A stretch of DNA of 63,662 bases, the filler included, from Asterionella formosa (taxonomy: Eukaryota), in NCBI GenBank assembly GCA_002256025.1. It is 11 parts of 11 records of this genome, joined end to end, with 100 filler letters (N's around TTAATTAATTAA, not from the genome) between each part and the next. Parts side by side here need not be neighbours in the genome. Positions count along the whole stretch, not along the records: positions 24,749 to 49,358 come from NKIB01002199.1; 10 more parts are not named here. One strand, 5' to 3'. Below the pieces are notes generated by a model. It was given only the letters and a program-made list of their open reading frames with translations. It ran no database searches and was not told the origin of the DNA. Position 1 is the first letter of the stretch, and each line of letters starts with the position of its first letter. The position numbers were made by a program, and so were the translations under genes. Below, in pieces: positions 24,866 through 38,311 of the stretch.

Positions 24866-26295
24866 ATGTCTCAAGTCCCAGAGAGTGAACTGCGCAACGC
24901 TCCGGCAAAAGTTTTGCTGCGAACAGCCGAAGAAATCGTGCAAGAGAAAACAGTTCATTCTGTTCTTTTTCGTAAGAACAACGAGTCCAAGTTGCCTGTA
25001 TTTTCGCTTGATGGTATGTGTGCTTGCAGCTACCTACTGCAGCGAAACGCATTCTGTTTGTCTACGTATTTTCTCACCTCATAGCACTTGCACAAACACA
25101 AACGCAGAGCTTCAATTGGGACGTATTATTGGACGAGGAGGCTTTTGTACGGTCCATGAAATCCAAGCCATTAAAATCGATGGCAAATTCGACAAACTAT
25201 CTAGCTGGATGGCATCGAAGATCAGCGGGTCGAAAAGAGGATTTGTCAGTCGTGCCCGAGATCATGCAATTCATGACGCGAGTTTACATGGAGATACAGA
25301 GATGACTGAGAAGGAGTATATGTCCAATCGGGCATTTCAAGGAGGACAAGCTCGCTATGTAATCAAGAATGTTGCGGAAGAATGGATTTTTCAGAATAGA
25401 GTCACATTCCTCAAGGGAACTGTCGATCTGGCAATAGAAACCAAATTTCTAAGTAACTTGCGCCATCCGAACATTATGGAGCTGCGTGGAGTAGCAGAGG
25501 GAGGACCCTTTCAAGAAAAGTATTTCATCGTGATGGACAAAATGGTTGAGACGCTCCCAAAAATGATGAAGCAGTGGACAACTCGTGATCGACAGTGCAA
25601 GGGAATTACCGGTGCTTTTGCTGGAGCGAAGAAGAAGTTATCACACGTAACGGACCGAATGACTGCTGCCTTTGATATTGCGAATGCAATAGGATACTTG
25701 CACTCATTGGGCGTGGTTTACCGTGATTTGGTAAGTCGTGCAGCGAAAGTACCTTTGATTCCCGTGGAAATAATGCATCCCGTTTTCCCTTTTGATGGTA
25801 GCATCTGAATTACTTTTTTTTAATTTGCAGAAACCAGACAACATTGGTTTTGATGCACGAGGTGTCGTCAAGATTTTTGATTTCGGCCTGGCAAAGGAAC
25901 TTCGGGAAGATGAGCGTGAGGCATCGGGGTTGTATCGATTGACTGGCTTCACTGGTTCGATTCGTTACATGGCACCCGAAGTTGGTCTAAACAAGCCATA
26001 CAACGAAACAGCTGATGTCTACTCCTTTAGTATGCTCTTGTGGTATATTTTGGCGCTAGAACCACCCTATGGTTTCTACACTCCAGAAATGTTTGTGCCA
26101 CGAGTCTTTCAACAAGGTCATCGGCCTGTCACTCTCCCAGAATGGCCGGAACAGATTCAAATCATGATGAAACGCAGTTGGGACAAGCGAATTAATGTCC
26201 GACCAAGCTTTCGTATTATCATGCAAGTCATCAAGAAGGAGACTGGAAAACTAGATGGCATGGTTGCCGCAAGGATGTTGCCCTTTACGTCGTAA
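24866..26295 (+). CDS. Ser/Thr (TKL-like) protein kinase; introns 25014-25107 and 25731-25830
   Basis: IGRGGFCTV, YVIK, YRDL/KPDN, DFG, GSIRYMAPE, DVYSFS. Confidence 0.92.
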
Positions 26296-26699
26296 GTACC
26301 AATAGTTCATTAATTCACACACTCGACAAGGCATGAGTGAACAATGTCATCATACGGTCCCAAAGAAGCTAAATGACAAACGAATCGTAGCGTACAAAAG
26401 TAAATCCCATTGACCTAATTAAATGTAACCATTTCGTAGCGCCTCTACAGCAAGATTATATTTCGTGTGTCGATTTGTACTAATTCCAATTACTGGAATA
26501 TAAAATCTCACTTGCTTTGGCGAAAGCATCACCTGTGACCGGTATGTGAACAAATTCTGCAAAGCGGAGTTAGATGTAAACTATCCTTTGATGGTCAATG
26601 TTGATCAGCTGCACTATATCGACCCGTATACTGACTCCTTGACTTGCTGTGTAGTTCCTTCATTTCTTTATATGCATCATCCTTTTTTCTGGCCAAATT

Positions 26700-29600
26700 A
26701 CTTGAGACCTTTTGTTAAGCTGTATGATTGAACAAAGTGAAATGTTTTTCTTTGTTGAAAGACATCTCATTGATATAACACATTGTCATTGCAATCACTT
26801 CTGCATTTTCAGTTGTATATTATTCTTGATGGTGTGCTTGAGTATGCAAATGATGTTGGACCATAGTCAGTTTTGTTGGTGGTCTTGAGACCCTTCCAGA
26901 CCTTGTAGTTCTAACATTTGGGCCTGTATCATCCTCAGTGCTTGGATTGACTTCTTCTTCTAGCATTGCTACTTCTTCTTCAGTTTCATTTATAAATTCT
27001 TGTCCTCATCTTGTATTTCATCATGATTTTTTTCAATATTGTTATCATCGTTGTCATCCTCAGTTTCAGGGTCATTCTCTTGGATATTAACTTGTTTGAA
27101 CTCTTCTACTTCATATATTTCATCTGGAGTCATTTCATCGTAGTTTCCTTCGAGCATTTAGTCGCTTCAATTGTCATTATTAGCTTGTTGTTGATCGTCA
27201 TAATCTTCATCTTGTGCATCTTCAAAAGCTTCATTGTCATAATCCACTCCTGCAATCCAAGCACTATCGTAAAAAAATTGTCCTGTTCGATTAGATATCT
27301 TGAGACCGTGTGGCATATTTTCCTGCACAGCAAGGGCATGTACTTGATTTATGATTGCTTGGGTAAGTGATACAGGAGTAATTGTATGTCTAGTGATCAA
27401 TGCATTTGTTTGCAGGTGTAATAGTTCATGACCTCCTTGCACCTTGTCATTGTAGTGTAGATAAATGCAATCTAGGCTGCGTGGTGCTTTGTTTTTTTGA
27501 AAACACCACAGGTTCTTCATGTGCTTGGACATCAGCGCCACATGCAAATTGGCAATGCTGAGCATATTACAGGTTTTGTTGATGTAGGATCATACATGGA
27601 CTGTAATATAGGGAAATCTAGTTCTTCGCCAGAAAGAAATTCAGTTTCTTTGCAGAGTCAGTGACTAAAATCTTATTCATTAGCAGCGGCAAATGCTTGA
27701 AATGTAATACTAGGTGATAACTTGGTGCGCAGCCATACGCGTTCTTTGATCACACAATTGTTGCGTTCCACTTCAGGAAAATGTTCTTGTGGGTTTGCAT
27801 AATTCATATTGACTTGAAATTCATCGGCAAGTGGTTCCAATCAAAGGACAAAACTCGTTTCGCAGTGGATCCTTGTAATTTAAAATCGTCTGGTGTTACA
27901 AAGACGGAATACCTGAGTCAAATTATCTTGATCGACATCTGACTGATTCTTGACCCATCGCGCTACCCTATAAATAATGTGTCGCGAAATTGTGGTGAGA
28001 AAGGATTGTCCATTCACTTTCATTCCATCCATGCAAAGAGTCACTTTGCGTTATGCTTATTTAAGCTCATTAGGAATCTCAATGTAGTCATCCATGACTG
28101 GCAGCCGTTTGCGATGAGTTGTCTTGCCTTTTAGTGTGCCGATGTCAGGTCCGAAACTTTTCACGGCAATCTTGATATCGTTGCTAGTCACCCGGTGGTT
28201 CTTGATCATATTCATACGAATTAATTCCGTGAAATCATCGATGGCGTGCCCAAAGCGTGATATATGTCATGAGCTTGCTTGGCTCTTTCAAATTAACATT
28301 CTGAGTCGAAAGTTTTGTTTTCATCAACAGTGTTTAACCTATGAGCATTTTCAGCTTTTATAGATGTAGGAGGCTTGAATACATATAGATTCATTCCGAC
28401 TCTTTCGAATCGATCTGGTTTGTCAGGCAAATGAACAATGAATGCATCGTCCTTTTCCGAATCACAAGTGATCCTGTACCTGTCTGCCATTTTGGCATAA
28501 CTGAAGATTTTACTGATTGCCTTGTTGTGAAACCAAACTTCGCCCCATTGTGGAAGATCAGCCTTCATATAGATGACCATGGATCCACCATTTATGGCAA
28601 GGTGCATGCTGCCTTCGGTAGAAACTCGAATATTCTTGACCATTTTTGGATTGCAAAAGAATGTGACACTTGATAGATAGTCTTATAGCATCAAGTCGCG
28701 TATCTCAGATGCTTGATAAAATTGTAGTTCGATATGGGCTCTGGCCCATCCAACTTGATTGACTTTTGATTTTTGTGAAGCTTACAATGATGTTGGGTTG
28801 TTGGAAGTAACCTTTCGTGTGTCTGATGTTGTAGCCTGTGCATGGCTTTGTTGATTGCCCATTCCTCTTTGGGTATGTTTCTCTCACAAAACGACGGTGA
28901 TTTGTGTCTTGCTCTTCCACAGCAGTAGCATTTTCCTTCTAGTTGTGTGAACGATAAGTACACATCTTCTTCTTCCTTTCCTGCATACTTTAGTTCCCAG
29001 TCTTTATTATGATCTCCTGGATTCTTGCGACTGATGGGCACAGTTGTTACTACATCAAACCTTTGGTTACTGAGAACATTGTTTGACTTGGTGATACTCT
29101 TTGGGTATTGATCATTGTCGAACGACAATTGGGTATTAAGCCCAGTAAGAATTGTTCCTTATTTGGCCTTTTCCGCATTGTGAAGGTATAAAAAGGCCAG
29201 GAATTGACTGAAAGCCTATTCACAATATTTATTGGTAGCTTGATATTCATCGCATCATGCATACCCATCCCTGACTTCAATGAACTTGGTGAGGAGTATG
29301 GGTCCTTCAAAGTGTGACTTGAGCACATCTCGTGCCACACAAAAACTGTTGGTAAAATCTTGTAGACTTTCTCCATCCTTTTGCTTAAAAGCGTTCTCAT
29401 CGCATCTAAAATGATCGACATTGAATATTGATTCTCCTGATAACTTAGTGCGTGTTCTTTAATTGCAATAAGTAATGATATTGGTTTATTCTTGATCTTA
29501 AGAATATAATCCGATCATGCTTCAATCTTATTCTTCATGGCTTTGTTGCATCTTTCCCAGAGCAATGCATATGCCTTGGTATTATTGTTTTTGTAGGTCG

Positions 29601-30247
29601 TTCCCCTCTTGATATAAACATCTTAATCAGCCTTAAACTCGATTTCAAATTGATGAGTTTCTACAGCGCAATACTCTTCTGTTGTTTCAGAGATCAGCTG
29701 CATTCTTGGCTTACATGCCGATGAGTTCATTGGGGTTCTAACAATTTGAACGCAGTTCTTATGTTGTTGCCATTATCGAATACTGTCTTGATGTAGTTGA
29801 TCAGGTACTCTGTGGTAGTTTTATAACTAGATGCCTGCTTTGCCAATCCAAGGTAATAGTTGTAGTCATTGATGGAGTTCTTGTTGGTATGGGAGGTATT
29901 ATTGCTCCCTCCCATTGGCTTGGAACTTGCCCTTGACTTGATCCCTCTTGGTGAACCTTCTTTTGCCACTCATTTTGCGCATTTTGCGACTTTTTCAGAC
30001 TCTGTTTGGTCTGATACCCTCAACTCTTGACTCCAGACTCTCCACGGTCCGCTTGATGTTGTTTCTTAACTTGTGGCGCTTCCTAGCGAAAATTCAATTA
30101 AAACTGTTGAAATTGTGTCCCAAAGCCTACTATTGCTTTCTTGTACTATCCTTTAAGGACTAGTTAGCAACCAAAATAGGCTGTAGATATGAACAACAAC
30201 AATGTTGCAGACATTGATTTTCATTGTTCCTAAAAGTCTTAATTGAA
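26700..30247 (-). mobile_element. Decayed Ty1/copia (CoDi-like) LTR retrotransposon: gag, protease, integrase; probable 5' LTR ending at 30105
   Basis: Fragmented gag, zinc knuckle CYCCGRARHKSPSFC, protease-region GEVWF, integrase remnant around 27770 (EHFPEVERNN), many stops and frameshifts. LTR-like end ..ATTTCAACA at 30105. The outer boundary is approximate. Confidence 0.8.
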
Positions 30248-30982
30248 NNNNNNNNNNNNNNNNNNNNNNNNNNNNNNNNNNNNNNNNNNNNNNNNNNNNN
30301 NNNNNNNNNNNNNNNNNNNNNNNNNNNNNNNNNNNNNNNNNNNNNNNNNNNNNNNNNNNNNNNNNNNNNNNNNNNNNNNNNNNNNNNNNNNNNNNNNNNN
30401 NNNNNNNNNNNNNNNNNNNNNNNNNNNNNNNNNNNNNNNNNNNNNNNNNNNNNNNNNNNNNNNNNNNNNNNNNNNNNNNNNNNNNNNNNNNNNNNNNNNN
30501 NNNNNNNNNNNNNNNNNNNNNNNNNNNNNNNNNNNNNNNNNNNNNNNNNNNNNNNNNNNNNNNNNNNNNNNNNNNNNNNNNNNNNNNNNNNNNNNNNNNN
30601 NNNNNNNNNNNNNNNNNNNNNNNNNNNNNNNNNNNNNNNNNNNNNNNNNNNNNNNNNNNNNNNNNNNNNNNNNNNNNNNNNNNNNNNNNNNNNNNNNNNN
30701 NAATTATGGGTTTTGCTACTTAATACAGAGTAACTCAGAACACCGTGGTAATACCAGCAAGTCCTACATGTATGTTTATTCATATTGTGAGTTAAAATGA
30801 TAATTCAAATATGATGTGCTCCAGGTATTTTGTACCAGGTCCCGGTAGTACCGGTACAAGGAGTACGGTACAGTACCGAAACAGCAGTACCAGGTACCTG
30901 GTACCACCTGGTACCAGGGTACCAGTAGTCACTTCTGCTGCAAGTGCATGACCTACTACCGGTATATTCAGCAGTGAGGATC

Positions 30983-33399
30983 TGTTATGTCATTTCAGCT
31001 GAATTTTTTATTCAGCTGAAATGATATGAGCACACAAAATCTGGTGAGTAATTTTTTTCTTTAATATAAATTAGTTGTAAGTGAACATATTTCTGACGCA
31101 AGCCTCATGATTCCTCCTATCTAAGTTTTGGGTAATTTTTATTTCACCCAAAACCTCTTTTCTCCATCAAAACTTAGATCTATTTAGATAGCAGCAGGAC
31201 AAGTGAGTGATAGCAATCTATCCTGTCAAATGCTTATCTGTAGCCATGTGTACTACCTAGTACCTACTTGTAGTGAATCTTCAATAGAAGTCAATGCACA
31301 ACTAAATCTATTTATTGCTCACAGCAGCCCTTCATCTTGTACTTGTATACCGGAAAAGATCCTCTGATTTGAGATGAATTCTTCGAAGAAGAAGAATCGC
31401 AATGAAGACAGTAGTGATGAAGAGTATGTAGTGAGTGAATTCTCATACATTTCTACATCTTCATCCAATGATCATGGCAATGCCACTGTCAGTATTGGTG
31501 ATGCACAGAGAATGAGAGAATCCTTTCGCACGCATTTCAACGCTGTAGCTTTTGGTTTTTTCAATGAAAAGGCGGGATCAGGCACAATCCAGTCAATGCA
31601 GAAACCGGAACAACTGGAGCAACAAGGAATGAAAAGGCGGGCACAGGTACAACTCCAGTCGATGCGAAAACCGGAACAACGGCTGCAACAAGGAATGAAA
31701 AGGCAACAGTAGCAGGAAAAACTCCAAAAGCGGAATCCGGAACAACGACTGCAACATGGCCTGCAAAGAGAATCGAAAATGCTAAATCAAGAACAAAGAA
31801 AAAGACTGCAAGAATTATAGCGGGAACAAAGGAAAAGAACACACCAGGAACAGGAAAAGCAGGGTCATGTGACATAACTGATGAGAAATACAATGAAATT
31901 GCCTATAACACAACAGGAACAGGAAAAACTAGATCATGTGACATGACTGAGGAGAAATACAATGAAGTTGTGTATATTATTGAAAACTGAGATAATCCAG
32001 AGACATGGCGACAGCATCGAATTGGTTATTCGCTTGTAAAAAAGTATACAGTGAGATCAAAGAAAGATGTGGAAGGCAATCTAATAAAAAGCCTCTATGT
32101 TTCAAGAGAGACAGTGTGAAAGAAGGAGAAAATGTGGGGAGAAAGCTTTTTCGACGCAAGGAAATGTTTGATGCCATATATGATGCTCACTACAGTCTTG
32201 GTCACTTGAAATCATCTGTTACATGGAGAGAGGTAAATTGTCATGTTTACAATATCACAATACAACATGTGAATGCATTTATCAGTGTGTGTCCTGTGTG
32301 TATTCATGTACATCCTCAAATTCCGAAATCTAAGGGAGCCCGATGTCCTATACATTCTGATGAATTTCGTGATCGCATAGAGCACAACGACAGAAGGATC
32401 AAAGCAAATACATGAAAGGCAGACATATGCAGTCAAGGCAAAAGGCAACCATTGGGTCTATAGTTACACTTAAAATGGACTACAGAGATGTAAGCAACCC
32501 ACATGGAATTCCTGCCATTGTCTTCGCCCTATCTACAAATGAACTTGGACGAGGAATACAAGCAGTAACTGATCATGGCATTATATGTTCTGGAAAAGGA
32601 AGAATTGAGAAGATATACTTTGTTATCCCTCAAGAAAGATACATTGTCCATCCAAATGAGGCAGTCATTTCACCATATTTGAATGAAAAGAGACAAGCCA
32701 TACTTGATGGAACTTTCGCTTGTGAAAATTATAGAAAAATGAGTATGCAGCAAGCTCATACTTTATGTTATCCTCAAGATAGCAAGTCAAAACGAAGGTG
32801 TAGTTGTCTGAAAGAATGCACAAATGCTTGTGGATGCTTTAAGGAAAAGTATGGTTGCATTGTGTCTTGCAAATGTTCTGCGAAATGTATGAACAAATCC
32901 AATAAACAATTATGTCATTACGAGGTAAAAATAATTTTTCATAAGATTTTTTGTCATATTAAAATCTGGTGAAACAGCAGTGTATAGGAAACTGTGGTGA
33001 ACAGAGCAATCAGTGTGTACTAGCTACTCCTGATAATGCCTTAGGCTACCATTGGTATTATGCATACTAGTAGTACTACCAGTGAACATACCATACCGGT
33101 AGGCGTATTGGAACCACCCCTATGCCAGGGGTCAGGATGGTGATTGTTTAGACTAGAAAACATTTAATTAAAGTTAAATTGCCTCCGAATTGCCTTGAAA
33201 TTTTTATCCACGACTCCGAAAAGATGGTCTTGACAGTGGAGTGTATTCACAAAACAAGCTCTCATATATCTAGATACTGCGACTTATTGCTTCAAATCTG
33301 ATGAATAAAAGAACCCGGAAAACTAAATAAATAGCGCCGATTCAGCAGATTTTGCTAATAAATTCTGCTGATTTGGATTTCATCAGATATGACGTAACA
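30983..33399 (+). mobile_element. Ginger2/TDD-like (SCAND3/KRBA2-type integrase) DNA transposon, internally deleted
   Basis: Imperfect TIRs TGTTATGTCATTTCAGCTGAA and (reverse complement) TGTTACGTCATATCTGATGAA; flanks GATC/TATC. Integrase HHCC domain (HYSLGH..CPVC) at 32005-32415 and Cys-rich C-terminus (CSCLKECTNACGC..CKCSAKC). Confidence 0.62.
31590..31980 (+). repeat. Internal tandem repeats: about three 66-69-nt units followed by two ~70-nt units
   Basis: CCGGAACAAC..GCAACA occurs three times; CAGGAACAGGAAAA..TCATGTGACAT..GAGAAATACAATGAA occurs twice. Confidence 0.85.
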
Positions 33400-33787
33400 T
33401 ATCGTCCGGATTATTTACACACCGCAACTCTCCCATGGACATAACCACCAAACAAAAATTTGCGGACCCTGGATACCACGACATGCACAGAATTTCAATA
33501 CGTTCGTAAAAAAATCGCTTTCGCACGAAGTCATGATAATACCAGTAGCTCTATGGTGGTGCAGTGTGGTGCAGCGACGACATGATGTCACGAAGTTATT
33601 TTGAAATATTATTGTTGCGCATGTGCACCTTTTCAATATTCATCTCCAATGTTGCATCATGCACATAACCACACAGAAATGCAAATAAACAGCAAACTCA
33701 CCAAATGTGATGATTGAAAGCGGTCACTGGCTCTTGCTATCGCTATCATGCAATTTCTTTTGTTTTACTAACCAATTTACTCTACAA

Positions 33788-35862
33788 TCAACCTTTGCTA
33801 CATCCGCAGCCTTTGGAGAATTTTGAGTGGAGGAACTGGGGATGGAGACTGTGGAAGGTGTCTTTGTTGCTGTCGCAATGATTCAGGAAGCATGCGATGA
33901 TCGGCTTAATGATTTTTACATCAAAGAGTCGCATCCTTTCAGTGACATCTGAGTGGAGGAGACGCTCCATTTTTCTTGCAAGATTCAAGATCAAGTCAAG
34001 CTTCTCATGAGAATTTTTCGTTTTTGCAACCTCAAAAATCTCGTCAAATTCTATGGACCCACTTTTCCGGATTTTCTTTGGTGCTGTGGGGATGGTAGCA
34101 GCATCCGTTGTTCCAATTGCATTAACTGTGTTAGTAGAACCATTTTCCTTTGTTGAATCTTGATAACTTGAAGTAGCAGCAATAGCATTAGAATACATCC
34201 GATTTTCTTCATTCTTCATAACTCGTGCATGTACCACAATGTTGATCAGGCTGCGTGCATGAGGGGTAGCTAGCTCGTTCAAAAATAACTCGAGCTGTTC
34301 ATTGGCATTCTGTGGCCATACTTAGCTCATAGCAAGGGTATGTATGTGCGCAGGACTGAAGGAGCTTGGGTGTGACCTTGCGACATTCAGTCGATCATGT
34401 ACATACCTTGTAGAAAGCTCCGAAATTTCGCACTGAAAAACCACCGATGGTAGGTTTAATACTAGTGTAGCTGTAATCACCTTGACAAATATAGACTTGA
34501 ATGTACGCACTTTGTTTAAATGATTGTTGTGTATGTGGGCAATTGCTAGCTGGGCATCTGCATCCTCAATATATAACATTGCAGTCTTGAGTGACTGGTG
34601 TCGAGCAGATTTCATCAAGGCTTCCACTGCTCCACCACTGCTCTACCACCCCAACGACCAAACAGGTACCCAGTCCTATGGAACATGTGCATACCAACCT
34701 TCAGATTCTCCAAACCAAGCACCTCCCTAACAAGTTTAGCTAACCGGTTTGTTCCCACTTTGTATGACATCTGCGTGACAAAAATGCCATTAGCCGGTGG
34801 ACATTTTAATTCGTCCTCTGTAGGAAAAAGAAAACCTCCCCTGATCTTTGCACAGTGTATGTAAGACAGTAGGAGTGACACTGGACAAAACTCGGTGAAC
34901 TCTTCATCGATCCAGAGGAACAGATGCACCCAGTTTTCGTCTGACTTCCCAAAGACTTTTAGACATAGAGCTCGGATATTTCCGGCATCATCAAAGACAA
35001 AATGCTTTGCTTCGAAATGGTCTAGCTCGATGTCCACGAAGTCATCAAAGCGAAGGAACAGACAAATAGAAACCTGGATGATTGTAAATGTCTGCAAGTC
35101 AATTAATGAATTGCTGGACAAAAGAAGATCACGCAACTGTCGTACCCAGTAAGGTAGTAGCTGCTCTGTAGGTTGCCTTAAGTAGTCTCATCTATCCATC
35201 CCAATTCTATCCAAACAATCTGTAAAGACCAAATTGTATGCAGGATTACCAGATCTAAGTAGAGCAGGATGACCCTTGTGGGTACTGCATCCCTTATACC
35301 ACTCATCAAAGGGCATATCACGACAATCCTGACAAGTCTGTATGTAGTTACCAGTTTGATTGTGAGCTTTGTGAATGCACCATACTGCAGTACGAAATCC
35401 CTTACGCTTTTCAGGGGCATTCCAATCCCCACGACATTTTATAGGATGCCCAATGACATTAACCACTTCATTTCCACCAAGATCCAATAATGTCATACTT
35501 GATGTGTTGAATTTCCACCATACATACATTACAAGGGATTCTACCTTCATCGATGGACAGTTTGCAGGACATTTGTCCCTAAGCATCAACAGTGACTCAT
35601 AATCACCAATCAACTTGAAGAATTTTGTAAGACCACGAAAGTGAACCTCATAGCTTATCTCTGTACAATACCGGAGTGCACTTGTACCAGTCAATTTCGC
35701 CAAACGTCGGTCAACAGATGTCTTTTTCAGTTTGTCCAAAGCATTCAGAATTCCTTGGGCTACTTTATCTTCAATATCTGCTGGTATATCCTTGGCATAT
35801 AAGACATCCTGAGGTAGATTGGCAAGCTTTTTAGTCTCACCACGTGTATTCTTCTTACTCAT
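33788..35862 (-). pseudogene. Tyrosine-recombinase gene (Crypton-like DNA transposon) broken by frameshifts and stops
   Basis: Four consecutive minus-strand ORFs carry YR catalytic motifs in order: FLRFDD (R), VFGKSD (K), HMFHRTG (HxxR region), SARH (H), TAMLYIEDA (Y). Confidence 0.8.
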
Positions 35863-36439
35863 TCTGACAATTCAAGTATATGGATGCAAAATTGGCAAGT
35901 TACGTGAACAAATTATTCATCAAATATTGGCGGGCTGTAATTTTGAGGATCACATGTATTCCTATACAGTTATGTATATTAATATAGTTGTACGGATTTG
36001 ATATACCGGTAGTCTGGTGCAATTCAGGTTACTCTAAGTAAAGTGGTGCAATGGTGGTGCAAATGCCAATCGGCAGTTGAATTTACTAATAGTTTTCCCT
36101 GTTTCATCCCGTTTTGGGAAAAGTCCCGGTATACCACGAGAAATAGATTTGCACAACATGCCCCTACGAAGTACCACTATTACTGTTAGTACAGCGTGGC
36201 GGTTTATTGATCCACCGAGCATTTCCAGTCGAGTTCTCTAGCTACTCTGTAGTTCGCAGCATTCATCTACTAACACAAGTAGAGGCTAATGGCGAAAGCA
36301 AACTCCCTGCAAGTAAAAGAAGCAAAAACTTAGACGGAGAGACGTTCATTTCGTAGAGCAAAATAATTCTTAGGTAATGATTCTTGATTTCCATTTACAT
36401 ATTTCCATGATATTTCTCGCTGCCATCGGGATATCGTCT

Positions 36440-38311
36440 CTATGCGCATGTGTAAGAATCTGGTTGGAAAACAGTTGACATTTGATTCGGGATTTGCGTG
36501 CCATTATCTGACGACGTGACGCCAATCACTGCAATTGGACACAACAATTTTTCAGACCGGAACCCAATTTGAACTGGGAAAAAAGCATCCACATTACGAC
36601 CAGGAATGGTAAACTCTAGCGATCCTGTGGCGTTGGCAGCACTGACGCTATCAAAGTGCCAGCACATCATACCGGCAGTAGGATCATGCTTGTAGACGCC
36701 ATCAATCGCATCGATAACGGGAGGATCTGTCGTACCAAGAGGCAACAAGATGTTCACGTCATAAAGAACCAAGTCAGTTCGAACAAGTTCCATTTCAACA
36801 TTGACATTGATAGAGCCGCTGCCTTCATCTTCGGGCCAACAGTTAACAGTAATCGGGGCAGCATCCTCGCTACCATAAGACCAACGCAAAATTCCCACAC
36901 CACGACCGAGTGGAAACTCGCCTTTTTTCAGAAGGAGAATGCCGTCCTTCTCGTAAGCCTTCTTGTCAACCTTGGGATGCGTTGCAAAGGTCCAGTCACT
37001 AAGACCCGCAATGACGTTTTTGTTGACAGTGACGAGTGCCTTAGCGCCCGCGTCAGTGTTCGCAGTAAGAGTAAGCGTCCCCTTAACTTCACAAGATTCG
37101 ATACCACCTTCGCGGTTCATTGCGACAGTAATCTTTTCTTCCAAAGCCAAAGTCAAAGGGGTTGATGGTGCCGCAGGCGCTGCAGCGGGGGCAGCAGTCA
37201 AACCGAAACCCATGCCCAAACCTCCCCCAATCTTTCCGCCCCCGAACAAGTTGTCCTCGGCAGCCATAGCGGCCATAAGAGTATCCTTCTTGCCCCCTCC
37301 CATGCCTCCTAATTTCATACCCTTTGCAACAACCTTCGGAGGCTCTGGTTTGGCAGGCTCTTGAGCAGCCTGTTGCTGATACTGGTTGTACCCTTGCTGT
37401 CCTTGACCACCAAAGTCATTATTGAAGGCGTCGAACATGTTACTCATACCTCCGCTGCCCTGTGCAGGTCCTCCACCTCCAAATCCTTGCATACCAGAAG
37501 GAGGTCCCGCCAAACCCTGTCCCGAGACGAGATTCTGCCGTAATTGTGCCATTTGACGATCCTTGATATTCTTTGCCTGTTGTCGCATGATGTCCTTCGC
37601 CGCATCTTCCTTTGACTGCTTGAGCGCTAGGTGTACCTTTTCTTCGTGTGAATCCATTTCTAAGTTGGTCCGAATCGAGCTAATCGTCGCCTCTTCCTTG
37701 TATCCACCAGCAGTGAGGACTTCGTCAAAGGCGAAGATCAAGTCAAAGGCGTGTTCATTAATGTTGTGCTCTTGAAGGCCTCCAGCCACGTCTGGGACGA
37801 CCTTGGCAAGAAGGCGGAGCGTTCCGAGATCTTCAACAATATTGGAAGCCTTTGTAGTAATCAGCAATAGATACATTTGATTTTCGAGAGGTTGATAGAC
37901 ATATCGAACTGAATCTGTTTCGACGAAAGTGTGCTGCTTCGAATGACCAACGAGTTTAGGAAACGCGGCCAACAGCCCCTCCACGCGCAGCCGGTTCATC
38001 TCGACAAACTGACGAGATACGAGGGCCTTGCCGCTGCGGGTGCAAACAGATGCAGATAGAACGACCTGATTGAGGAAGCAAAGGCGTTAGAGTTGGAAGC
38101 ATTCATCATGATGCCGAAACGCCGATGCGTACGGTCTGGTAGTGATTGTACGCGGACAAAGCCACGCGAACAAGCCACCATGACTATGACAGGTCCGTTT
38201 GGAAGTCTTCCTTCTTTTGTTTGGCTGTTTACTTCTTAGTTTCTCGTCCCGACTCCATCCGCAATCATCTCTGTCAAGTCATGACGAAACGAATGTAGCA
38301 ACGCTCACCAT
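36440..38311 (-). CDS. ARCN1: Coatomer subunit delta (delta-COP); ATG-only first exon 38311-38309, intron 38308-38066
   Basis: M/VVLSASVCTRSGKALVSRQFVEMNRLRVEGLLAAFPKL..QHTFVETDSVRYVYQP; C-terminal mu-homology domain. Confidence 0.96.

Noticed and set aside
30160..30800. Long ORFs across N runs (also 44497-44956)
   Set aside because: Made of assembly-gap Ns.
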